DNA of 23,292 bases from Candidatus Micrarchaeia archaeon (GCA_049970015.1 JBMFNT010000011.1:1-23292), one strand, 5' to 3'. Shown: positions 1-8,121, numbered from the stretch's first letter. A program made the numbers and translations. The notes: a model not told the origin generated them from the letters alone.

Positions 1-1
1 A

Positions 2-382
2 ATTGAGCGTATTGCAAAAAAGCTTGAACAATATGAGCCAGTTGCAGAAAACAATGAAAATTACCGTGTGGACATTTGGTGCGGTTATGTTGATTCCCCA
101 ATGCTGAAAGCAATGCTTGATAGTGCAAGGAGTGGCGTATACATTAGGCCACCGACAGTGCGTGACCCATCAGAGAAAATAAGGATTGTTACTAATAAGG
201 GAACGGTTGAATTACACTCATGCTCAGCTGTGCTTGTCATAGACCAGGATTCTAGCAAGGTAATGGTTGGAAGGGGTATCCCTGATGCATTTGAGCAGGA
301 TGTTTCCATGATGTATCCAGCAATAGGTATAACCATATTCAACACTGACAGAGACATTTATGACATCGATTACATAAGGTGA
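2..382 (+). CDS. Hypothetical protein, 5'-truncated by the window edge
   Basis: The frame is open from position 2 (IERIAKKLEQYEPVAENNENYRVDIWCG...), so the GTG at 68 is probably internal. First gene of a run of small co-oriented ORFs. Confidence 0.7.
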   Translation: MERIAKKLEQYEPVAENNENYRVDIWCGYVDSPMLKAMLDSARSGVYIRPPTVRDPSEKIRIVTNKGTVELHSCSAVLVIDQDSSKVMVGRGIPDAFEQDVSMMYPAIGITIFNTDRDIYDIDYIR

Positions 383-505
383 TATGATTGAGCTTAAGTG
401 TTGATCCATTGGTATGTATCATATTCAACACTGACAGAGACATTTATGACATCGATTACATAAGGTGATATGATTGAGCTTAAGTGTTGATGCATTGGTA
501 TGTAT
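334..505. repeat. 86-bp tandem duplication (334-419 / 420-505)
   Basis: CATATTCAACACTGACAG...GGTATGTAT is repeated head-to-tail with one mismatch (C406 vs G492). Confidence 0.95.
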
Positions 506-770
506 TTTATCTATAATTGTGCTCCTGACAATACTTTACCTCTCTCTTAACAATGTAATGGTAGCCTCTATTGATTACTTGAGACAGAGCCAGCTATATA
601 TGAGGGCAACATCAACAGCATTGCTTGCTTCGCTATATTCATACTCACTAAACGAGGGATACTTCAACCCTAAATTAGAATGCTCGATTGGCAACAGAAT
701 AACGTGCGTAGACAATGAGTCGCGAGTTGTAACCGTAGACACATACAGAAGAAAAGGTGGTGGAAATTAG
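474..770 (+). CDS. Small N-terminally anchored, pilin-like protein
   Basis: GGTGA RBS before TTG. N-terminus SLSVDALVCILSIIVLL has an acidic residue followed by a hydrophobic helix. Confidence 0.6.
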   Translation: MSLSVDALVCILSIIVLLTILYLSLNNVMVASIDYLRQSQLYMRATSTALLASLYSYSLNEGYFNPKLECSIGNRITCVDNESRVVTVDTYRRKGGGN

Positions 771-1116
771 AGGAATACTTAATCTTGATTTGGCAGTTTC
801 TTTCATAATAATGTTGTTTTTGTTTTACTTGTGCGTTTCACTTATGTTAAACATTGTACATAATGCCAAAAACAATATCTATCTTGATTCTGAAGTTTCA
901 TTGAAGATTGCAAGAAGCTATGAAGTAATCTCACATATTTCTTCAGGCCGTGATAACGAGATTGATTATTCCAGGATAATCTCAGATGCGCCAAAAAATG
1001 TATCTTTGCAAGTAATGAATGGGTATATATATGGAGGTCCTTCAGATTATTTATGCATCAAGCGTGCAGTTTACATAAGAGATCTGAAGGAGGTGGGTAT
1101 ACTTGAGGTATGTTAG
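757..1116 (+). CDS. Class III signal peptide (pilin-like) protein
   Basis: RG|ILNLDLAVSFIIMLFLF matches [KR]G plus a hydrophobic segment with an acidic residue at +5. Overlaps both neighbours. Confidence 0.6.
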   Translation: MVEIRGILNLDLAVSFIIMLFLFYLCVSLMLNIVHNAKNNIYLDSEVSLKIARSYEVISHISSGRDNEIDYSRIISDAPKNVSLQVMNGYIYGGPSDYLCIKRAVYIRDLKEVGILEVC

Positions 1117-1348
1117 TTCAAAAGGTTTCATAATATCTCTTGAGCCCGCACTATCTTTGCTTATGCTCCTAATACTAGTAATGCTGATAAATAGCTATGC
1201 TTACCTGCACTATAACCAACACAATGAAGTAATATCTAAAATGCACCAGGCTGATTTATGGCTAGTTAATGATTCTATACATTACTATGGAGATGATCCA
1301 GAGCTTTCAGTTAAATATGAGTGGCTTAGGCAGAGGCTCAATACTTAG
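1103..1348 (+). CDS. Class III signal peptide (pilin-like) protein
   Basis: KG|FIISLEPALSLLMLLILVMLI, a prepilin-peptidase-type site followed by a TM helix. Confidence 0.6.
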   Translation: MRYVSSKGFIISLEPALSLLMLLILVMLINSYAYLHYNQHNEVISKMHQADLWLVNDSIHYYGDDPELSVKYEWLRQRLNT

Positions 1349-3071
1349 CTGTTAATTCCTTTTCTTTATTTTTCTTTCTTAGCTGCATATCTCTGTCAGC
1401 TTCTATCACAAGCAATCCCGCAATTGCTTTTAAGTGCTTTGGCATGTTGTTATAATCAAGCTCAATTATACCTTTGGGATTACGGATATACTTTTCGATT
1501 TCATTGTAATATTGTTCTGCTTGTTGTTTTTCAACAATTGCTTTTAGTTTTTCTCTGATGAAGTCTTCAGCTGAAGTAGTGGTCACGAACTTCACACTCT
1601 TAACATTATTTAGGTTATTTATACCAGGTATGTTAGAATACAGGTCCAACATCCTGTTAATATCAAAGACCAATGCTTCATCGCTATTTAATGATTTTAT
1701 AACATCCTTATTTTCCTTTAACTTTGAGTCAATCCTTTCTCTAACAGAATCCAGGTAATTCAGGACAACTTTTCCATCCTTCTCCCCGTACCATTCAGTT
1801 ATGTTTTTCCTACAAACATCTAATAGCTCAGTTATTTGTGTTACATCAACACCTGTCCCCTTTTGTACTACTCCTCCATTTCCCAAGCTTATAAATGTGT
1901 TCATCAAGCTTTGATCGTAAACTGCTTTTTTACCACCATTACTTCTTTTGTATGCTTCTTTCGTTACTTCATTATTTTCAAGCAAGTCAAGCCATTTTGT
2001 GAGAAATTCCTTGTAAGATAGTTTATCATCTAAATATGCTTCTTTCATGCCATACCAGGTTGCCGGATATTCGCTTGTTGTAATTCCAAATATTCCTTTT
2101 ACAGAGATATTTGGGAGCCCTTCTCTCATAAGCTTATATTGCTCTTCATAGTTTAAACTGAGAAATATATTATGTACCCTTTCTATAAGGGACTCTATCT
2201 CTTTATCTTTATCCGCCTCCTTACTTCCGTGTGGCGTAAAGTCTGGTGTTTCTAAAAATCGCAAAATCGGTTCATAATTATCCAGTATATACTTCTTTGT
2301 GGAAATCCCTATCCTGATTATCTCTTCAGTTTTTGTGGGCACTGCAACCGAAGGCAATTCCTTTTTCTCTATCAGCACATTATCAACAAGCAGTTTTGCA
2401 GCCCTTCTTGTTTCTATACCAATATATCCATCAACAAGTATTTCTCTGAGCATAACACAATCTTCAGAGAATTTCACATCCCCTTTCCTCCCAATACTGA
2501 AAGTTATGGTTTTCAAGTGTTTTCCATCCTTACTAAAGACCTTTAAGTAACCGCCACGCCTTCCATCCTCACCTATATAATCATACATTTTCAGCTCATA
2601 GTCAAAATTCTTGCCACTCCATTTTTTTACTTTTGTATCTGTATATAAGTCAATATTTTTAGCCTTGAATTCCCTGATAATTCTATTAACAAGCCTTTTC
2701 TCTTCTTCACATATGTCCACAAAAACCCCATACTTACTCTTCCCTAGGAAGTCATTAAGGTATGTTTGAAATTCCTTTACTTTCTCAATAGTCTCTGCTC
2801 CATACTTACTATCCTCTTTCAATTTTTCTTTACTTGAGTACTTGAATACTTCATTTATTTCGTTAAGAAATTTCTGCGCAGCGAGAACCTCATCTCCATA
2901 GGACAAGCCATGTGTGCCTCCCTGATAATTATAGCTTCTCCAATACCTTGCATTCTTTACGATTTTTGAGTAATTTAAGGTAATAATATCATCTATCTTC
3001 TCATACTTTTTAACAATCTTCTTTTCTTCATCAGTTAGCACTTTCACAGGGACAATATCTAGTTTAGCCAT
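1338..3071 (-). CDS. 577-aa K/E-rich hypothetical protein with a peptidoglycan-binding (PG_binding_1)-like N-terminal motif
   Basis: Long ORF. YGDEVLAAQKFLN...EDSKYGAETIEKVKEFQ and LVDGYIGIETRRA resemble the PGBD consensus. Confidence 0.65.
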   Translation of the reverse strand: MAKLDIVPVKVLTDEEKKIVKKYEKIDDIITLNYSKIVKNARYWRSYNYQGGTHGLSYGDEVLAAQKFLNEINEVFKYSSKEKLKEDSKYGAETIEKVKEFQTYLNDFLGKSKYGVFVDICEEEKRLVNRIIREFKAKNIDLYTDTKVKKWSGKNFDYELKMYDYIGEDGRRGGYLKVFSKDGKHLKTITFSIGRKGDVKFSEDCVMLREILVDGYIGIETRRAAKLLVDNVLIEKKELPSVAVPTKTEEIIRIGISTKKYILDNYEPILRFLETPDFTPHGSKEADKDKEIESLIERVHNIFLSLNYEEQYKLMREGLPNISVKGIFGITTSEYPATWYGMKEAYLDDKLSYKEFLTKWLDLLENNEVTKEAYKRSNGGKKAVYDQSLMNTFISLGNGGVVQKGTGVDVTQITELLDVCRKNITEWYGEKDGKVVLNYLDSVRERIDSKLKENKDVIKSLNSDEALVFDINRMLDLYSNIPGINNLNNVKSVKFVTTTSAEDFIREKLKAIVEKQQAEQYYNEIEKYIRNPKGIIELDYNNMPKHLKAIAGLLVIEADRDMQLRKKNKEKELTAKY

Positions 3072-3139
3072 ATAGACACCGCTTTAATATCTCATCTTTA
3101 TTTTAAATATTTTATTATTGTGAACTCTATCGCCACGAT

Positions 3140-3371
3140 GCCAAGGTAGCTCAGCCTGGTTAGAGCGCCAGACTCATAAGAGGGGTGAAAAGGCTTATCC
3201 CTTTCCCCTTCTCAATTACCCGTCCTTGTGGTAGTGAGTGAGATGTCTTATGAGTTCTGAGCATGATGAGTGCGATGATATATAAGGCGTTCACCAGAGC
3301 AATCTGGAAGTCGGGGGTTCAAACGAATGGCGCCTTGGACAACCATCACTCTGAAAATCCCCCCCTTGGCA
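3140..3371 (+). tRNA. Elongator tRNA-Met(CAT) with introns at 37/38 (3179-3301) and 59/60 (3324-3357)
   Basis: Acceptor GCCAAGG/CCTTGGC, anticodon stem CCAGA/TCTGG, CAT at 3175-3177, T-arm GGGGG-TTCAAAT-CCCCC after splicing. The T-loop intron forms a TTCA/TGAA BHB core. Confidence 0.9.
3234..3278 (+). ncRNA. Intron-encoded box C/D guide RNA, predicted target Cm34 of pre-tRNA-Met
   Basis: Guide TCTTATGAGT (3246-3255) is antisense to 3172-3181. It is followed by CTGA (3257-3260) and ATGATGA (3263-3269). The N+5 position pairs with C34. Confidence 0.75.
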
Positions 3372-3377
3372 TATAAC

Positions 3378-4523
3378 TTACTTTTTCCATCCCATAATCA
3401 GAGAGGTTGGGCTTATCAGTACCATAAATACTATAAATGGTAGGATGCCTGGCATATGGTAGATAAGGAAGAATAATAGCACTCCTGAGAAAATCCTCCC
3501 AATCCTTACGTTCACTTCCCTTTTACCTAGTTCTGTTGCATCTTTTTCAAAGGAATTATAGTATCTTGTAAGGTATGGTGATATGAGCATACTGTTTGTA
3601 ATAGTTGCCCCTACCATAATCCCAAGTATGTGGTAAAAGTTGTTCAAGAAGCCTCTTACTAATATTGTCAATGAATGCAAAATACCCCCAATTTTCAATA
3701 ATACTCCCTGGGTTTTTTCATTATCTACATGGCCAATGGTGACTAGCGAGATGGCGCCAACAATTGAGCTTACAATCAGAATTATCCCTAATGACTCAAC
3801 ACTTCCGAGTACAAGGAATATAAAAAGCGGCCAGTATACCTCCAGCGGATCAACCCTCACTCCTTCCGCAAAATATTCCTTGGATAACTTAAAACTGTAA
3901 TCATAGCCATCAGGTTCTTTTAAATTCTTAATGAATAGCATTGGAATGATTGATATCAGTATACCTACCCCTGCAATTGCAAACAAGGTTCCGTATCCTA
4001 AATATACAATTATAAATGCCGCAATCAAAGGGGATATTAATGGTGCTGCAGATATGAGCGCATTTATAGTATCAATCTCCTTTTCCCTAATTTTCCTATG
4101 TGTCGTTGCAAGGAATATTTGGTGAAATGGGATCCAGAAAAAAACATCTGCAAGCTCTGACTCAATCGCAAGAATTGTTATAGTATACAAATCTATCGGA
4201 AACATACGTATACTAAGCAGGAACAATACATATGCCAATGAGGAAAATATTATAGGTGTTGATAATCCATATTTTATGCTTATCTTCCATACTGCAAATA
4301 AAAGAACTATTCCTACCAGTGCCTTTATGATGTAAAATACAGGTATATAGAGTATAGGTGTATTTAGTGACAGCATATATATAGGTATGAATACAGTTAT
4401 CATAGCAGCGAATATCGTACGCAAAGTCACTGTAACATACACGTGGTTTATATCACTTTTCAGAACATAAGTTATGTCGTGAAGCATTTTGGAATTCATA
4501 ATATACAAAATAATAGATGACAT
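3378..4523 (-). CDS. MFS-type transporter
   Basis: 381 aa, about 11-12 hydrophobic segments in a two-half arrangement. True start may be slightly downstream (MLHD...). Confidence 0.75.
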   Translation of the reverse strand: MSSIILYIMNSKMLHDITYVLKSDINHVYVTVTLRTIFAAMITVFIPIYMLSLNTPILYIPVFYIIKALVGIVLLFAVWKISIKYGLSTPIIFSSLAYVLFLLSIRMFPIDLYTITILAIESELADVFFWIPFHQIFLATTHRKIREKEIDTINALISAAPLISPLIAAFIIVYLGYGTLFAIAGVGILISIIPMLFIKNLKEPDGYDYSFKLSKEYFAEGVRVDPLEVYWPLFIFLVLGSVESLGIILIVSSIVGAISLVTIGHVDNEKTQGVLLKIGGILHSLTILVRGFLNNFYHILGIMVGATITNSMLISPYLTRYYNSFEKDATELGKREVNVRIGRIFSGVLLFFLIYHMPGILPFIVFMVLISPTSLIMGWKK

Positions 4524-4551
4524 TTAAATTATTTCATCTGGATCTATTACT

Positions 4552-4896
4552 ATGGTAAGCGCAATAGATGTACTCATAGGTGTATACATCGCACACCCTT
4601 TTCTAACCCTGCTTTACATGCTTAACCTTTTTCTTTCACTGATCATAGCGCACAGGCTCGTCAGGTATGCCATCGACCTTAAGGGAGGCACCCTATCTTT
4701 TGCACTGAGGTATCTTTCATATGCATTTACGGTGCTTGCATTGGTCTCGATTGCAAAGCTCCTTTCTGCAATACCCTGGTTCGATTGGGATCTGGTAAGT
4801 GAACTGGCATTCACAGTATTCTTACTGATAGTTGGGTATGCAGTCATGCACATTGCACAAACAGTATCTGTTTATTCTCAAATAAAAAGAAGGTAA
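4552..4896 (+). CDS. Small integral membrane protein (3-4 TM)
   Basis: 114-aa hydrophobic ORF divergent from the MFS gene. Confidence 0.7.
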   Translation: MVSAIDVLIGVYIAHPFLTLLYMLNLFLSLIIAHRLVRYAIDLKGGTLSFALRYLSYAFTVLALVSIAKLLSAIPWFDWDLVSELAFTVFLLIVGYAVMHIAQTVSVYSQIKRR

Positions 4897-4913
4897 CCCG
4901 CTTTTTAGCGGGT
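4896..4913 (+). other. Perfect GC-rich hairpin after the stop codon (possible terminator)
   Basis: ACCCGCT-TTTT-AGCGGGT. Confidence 0.4.
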
Positions 4914-4983
4914 GGGTGAGGTGAAAGCACTATTAACATATAGTTTAATATTTATAAGCTTTACTTATTTAGTATGAAAAAGT

Positions 4984-5748
4984 ATGAAACAAGTAAAAAT
5001 TGCAATCTCAATAGACCCAAAGATTCTCAGTGATGTTGAGAACACAATAGATGGAGTTAACATAAGAAACAGGTCTCAGGCAATAGCACATCTCCTGCGA
5101 AAGGCACTTCAGAATGAAACATCCACAGCTGTGATACTTGCGGGAGGCAGGTATGGTGAGGAAAAAGCCATGCGGCAGTTCAAAGGAAAGCCAGTGATTC
5201 AACACCTGATGGAATGGATGAGGAAGTACGGGATTAATAATTTTGTGATTGCCATAAGTGCAAGTGATAATTCAATCCGCAAATACTTTGGGGATGGCAG
5301 CAGGTTAAATTCAAGGATTTTTTATCTTTTGGAAACAATCCCTACTGGCACTGCTGGTGCGGTGTCTGGTAGCCGTTCTCTGGTTGGCCAAACATTTGTA
5401 GTTGCAAACTGCGATTCAATATTTAGTTTTAACCTTTCTAATATGGTGCAGCATCATGTGAGGTCTGGAAAATGTGTGACAATTGCTGTCAGGGAAACTG
5501 CAAACCCTTCAGAGTATGGTTCTGTTGAAATGGAAGGAGATAGCATAATAGGATTCCATGAGAAAAGTCCGCATGCCAGTACCAAAATAGTGAGCACGGG
5601 TATATATGTCATGAGCGGGGATATATTTCGGTATCTGCCTGAGAAGGGATCGCTCGAAGAAAATGTATTTCCAATGCTTGCAAAGGAACGTATGGTTAAT
5701 GGATACATATTCACATCAGAATGGAAGGATATGGAGAGAAGTATATGA
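4984..5748 (+). CDS. Ribbon-helix-helix (CopG-like) DNA-binding domain fused to a sugar-phosphate nucleotidyltransferase-like domain
   Basis: N-terminal KIAISIDPKILSDVE...NRSQAIAHLLRKAL (RHH), then AVILAGG, GTAGAV, NCD, YGSVE, FHEK and TGIYV of NTP_transferase. Confidence 0.8.
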   Translation: MKQVKIAISIDPKILSDVENTIDGVNIRNRSQAIAHLLRKALQNETSTAVILAGGRYGEEKAMRQFKGKPVIQHLMEWMRKYGINNFVIAISASDNSIRKYFGDGSRLNSRIFYLLETIPTGTAGAVSGSRSLVGQTFVVANCDSIFSFNLSNMVQHHVRSGKCVTIAVRETANPSEYGSVEMEGDSIIGFHEKSPHASTKIVSTGIYVMSGDIFRYLPEKGSLEENVFPMLAKERMVNGYIFTSEWKDMERSI

Positions 5749-6887
5749 AAATGATGTTCTGCATGGGTACGCGCCCTGAAATAATAAAGATGGCACCACT
5801 TATAAAAGAGTGTGAGAAAAGAGGGCATAACTGCATATTAGTATGGAGTGGACAGCACTATGACAAAGTGTTGTTTGAAAGTGTTTTTGATGATCTTGGA
5901 GTAAAATATCCACAGTACAATTTGAATGCAAAAGGAACTCCCTGTGAGATTGGTTCGATAATATTTTCCATGCTTGAAAAAATAATAAAAAGTGAGGCTC
6001 CGGACATAGTGTTTGTGCATGGGGATACTTTTTCTGCATTGTTTTGTTCAATTGCATCAGCTTTGGCTTTGGTACCAGTAGGCCATGTTGAGGCAGGGTT
6101 GAGGACAAATTCTTGGGAACCATTTCCAGAGCAGATATGCACACGAAGCGCTGATGCCGCATCATCCTTATACTTTGCACCTACTATGCGTAATGTAAAT
6201 AATCTATTGAGCGAAGGCTATCCTCGCGATCGCATATTCCTAACGGGTAATACTATTGTTGATGCGGTGCGTATCTATGGTGATTCAAATCCAAACATAC
6301 GTAAAGAGCTTGGTATACCTGATAATAAAAAACTAATCTTCTTTTCTGCGCACCGGAGAGAAAATACAATGGATAAAAAGAGAATGTCTGGTATTTTTGA
6401 TTCTCTATTAAGCTTAGAGGAGTATACAATCTTCTGTGCTGTGCTTCCGGGAACACAAAAAGCGGCAGAGACTTATGGCTATCTTGAAAAACTAAAAAAT
6501 GCAGGGCATATCATATGGAAATATCCATCTATTGAAAAGTATACAGATGTGCTCTCTCTTATTAAACGCTCTGATCTAATCTTGACGGATAGCGGTGGGT
6601 TGCAGGAGGAGGGGGCAAGCCTTCATGTGCCATGTCTTACGCTTAGATACGTTACAGATAGGCCTGAAACAGTAATTTCAGGCTCAAACAAGTGTATCGG
6701 TTTTGTAAAAGAAGATATAGTCTATGAAGTAATAAAGGTTATGGAGAATGCAGATATCAGGGAAAAAATGGTTCGTGCTGAGAATCCATACGGTGATGGG
6801 TATTCTTCTAAGCGCATTGCTGATATAGTAGAGCATTTTGCAGGCAGGCTCCATAGATGGGAAAACAAGATTAAAGAGGTGGTTTGA
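5745..6887 (+). CDS. wecB: UDP-N-acetylglucosamine 2-epimerase (non-hydrolysing)
   Basis: GTRPEIIKMAP, GQHYD, VHGDT, HVEAGLRT, PFPEQ, HRREN, TDSGGLQEE, NPYGDG. ATGA overlap with the upstream stop at 5745-5748. Confidence 0.95.
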   Translation: MKMMFCMGTRPEIIKMAPLIKECEKRGHNCILVWSGQHYDKVLFESVFDDLGVKYPQYNLNAKGTPCEIGSIIFSMLEKIIKSEAPDIVFVHGDTFSALFCSIASALALVPVGHVEAGLRTNSWEPFPEQICTRSADAASSLYFAPTMRNVNNLLSEGYPRDRIFLTGNTIVDAVRIYGDSNPNIRKELGIPDNKKLIFFSAHRRENTMDKKRMSGIFDSLLSLEEYTIFCAVLPGTQKAAETYGYLEKLKNAGHIIWKYPSIEKYTDVLSLIKRSDLILTDSGGLQEEGASLHVPCLTLRYVTDRPETVISGSNKCIGFVKEDIVYEVIKVMENADIREKMVRAENPYGDGYSSKRIADIVEHFAGRLHRWENKIKEVV

Positions 6888-7609
6888 TGAAAGCAATAAT
6901 ATTATGCGGTGGAGAAGGCACACGGCTACGGCCATATACTTACAATGTACCAAAGCCTATGCTTAAGCTGGGTAATAGGCCAATCCTTGAGTATGTTCTT
7001 CTTAATTTAAAGAGGTGCGGTATACGTGAAGTGATACTGACTGTTGGTTACCTCAGCGATAAAATAGTTGACCATTTTGGAGATGGGTCTAGGATGGGGA
7101 TAAATATAGATTATATCATTGAGAGTGAAAAACAGAATACTGCAGGTTCCATACTACCTGCCAAGGATAAATTGGATGATACATTTTTTGTTGGGATGGG
7201 AGATCACATAACAGCAATATGCGTAGACAAAATGGTAGATTTTCATAAGAAGAAGAATAATATTGCGACTATTGCTTTGAAGCTTCAAGGCATCCCTCTT
7301 GAGTATGGCATAGTTGAAATTGACAATGAAAATATGGTATACTCATTCAAGGAAAAACCAATCCAATCAAACCTTCTAAATGCAGGTATGTATGTGTTTG
7401 AGCCTGAAATATTTGAGTATATAAATCCAAAGGATGATTTTGCAAAGGATGTTTTCCCAAGGTTGCTATCACTTGGAAAACCAATAAGTGGATACACCTT
7501 TACTGAATATTGGGCAGACATAGGACGGATAAATGATTACGAAATGCTTAACACAATAATGAGCATAGTGGAATTATCATATTCCTTCAACTCACATTCT
7601 CATCCATAA
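6887..7609 (+). CDS. Sugar-phosphate nucleotidyltransferase (GDP-mannose pyrophosphorylase/GlmU N-domain-like)
   Basis: KAIILCGGEGTRLRPYT..PKPML, FKEKP, NAGMY, YWADIG. Confidence 0.9.
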   Translation: MKAIILCGGEGTRLRPYTYNVPKPMLKLGNRPILEYVLLNLKRCGIREVILTVGYLSDKIVDHFGDGSRMGINIDYIIESEKQNTAGSILPAKDKLDDTFFVGMGDHITAICVDKMVDFHKKKNNIATIALKLQGIPLEYGIVEIDNENMVYSFKEKPIQSNLLNAGMYVFEPEIFEYINPKDDFAKDVFPRLLSLGKPISGYTFTEYWADIGRINDYEMLNTIMSIVELSYSFNSHSHP

Positions 7610-7716
7610 CCTGCTTGTGGTATGTTTCCAGCCGTTCTTTAAGTTTCTCAAACTTTGATTGATATTTCTTCATAAGAACTTTTTTTGGCACAACCCATAT
7701 GTTTTCACCAATGTAT

Positions 7717-8007
7717 TTATTGATGTTTGCCAGCAAAAATCCAACTACCTGCGCTTAACGTTGGTTTGGTAAGGTTTAGTACCATTCTTGCCACGCGCTG
7801 GCCAAACATTCGCTGAATTTCAGTATAATGCACTCCACAATCCTCAATAATACCATGTAGTATTGCTGCCACAATTATGCTTGTTTTGCACCCATACTCT
7901 TTTGCATACAGTGCAACTTGCAGCGGATGCTGTATGTATGGTGTCCCATCATCCCGTGTTTTTCCTTCATGTTTTTTACTTGCAAACTCTATGGCCTTTC
8001 TTAGCAC
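7717..8007 (-). pseudogene. Truncated Mesh1/SpoT-like HD-domain hydrolase
   Basis: AIEFASKKHEGKTRDDGTPYIQHPLQVA...AAILHGIIED...LTK. The HD motif reads HG and the ORF stops at 96 aa. Confidence 0.6.
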
Positions 8008-8030
8008 ATGTTTTTGCTAAAAATCAGAAT

Positions 8031-8121
8031 AGCCCCCGGTGGGATTTGAACCCACGACCTGCCGCTCTCCCGTTCCTATTTGAAGTACAAGGCGGCCGCT
8101 CTTCCGCTGAGCTACGGAGGC
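8031..8121 (-). tRNA. tRNA-Thr(TGT) with a 19-nt intron at 37/38 (8067-8085)
   Basis: Reverse complement: GCCTCCG...GCCGC-CT-TGT-A[intron]A-GCGGC...GTTCAAATC...CGGGGGC-T. BHB core CTTG/CGGG. Confidence 0.92.

Noticed and set aside
334..505. This repeat and 16404-16542 as CRISPR arrays
   Set aside because: Only two long units each, no repeat-spacer periodicity and no cas genes.
3333..3338. CCTTGG in the Met T-loop intron, complementary to the acceptor 5' strand
   Set aside because: Only 6 nt, compatible with chance.
3140..3371. CAT tRNA as initiator Met or Ile2
   Set aside because: The G1-C72 GCC-type acceptor and lack of three consecutive G-C pairs in the anticodon stem fit elongator Met, as does the predicted Cm34.
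5721..5744. ORF-track start of wecB at 5721
   Set aside because: ATG 5745 gives an ATGA overlap and the family-typical N-terminus.
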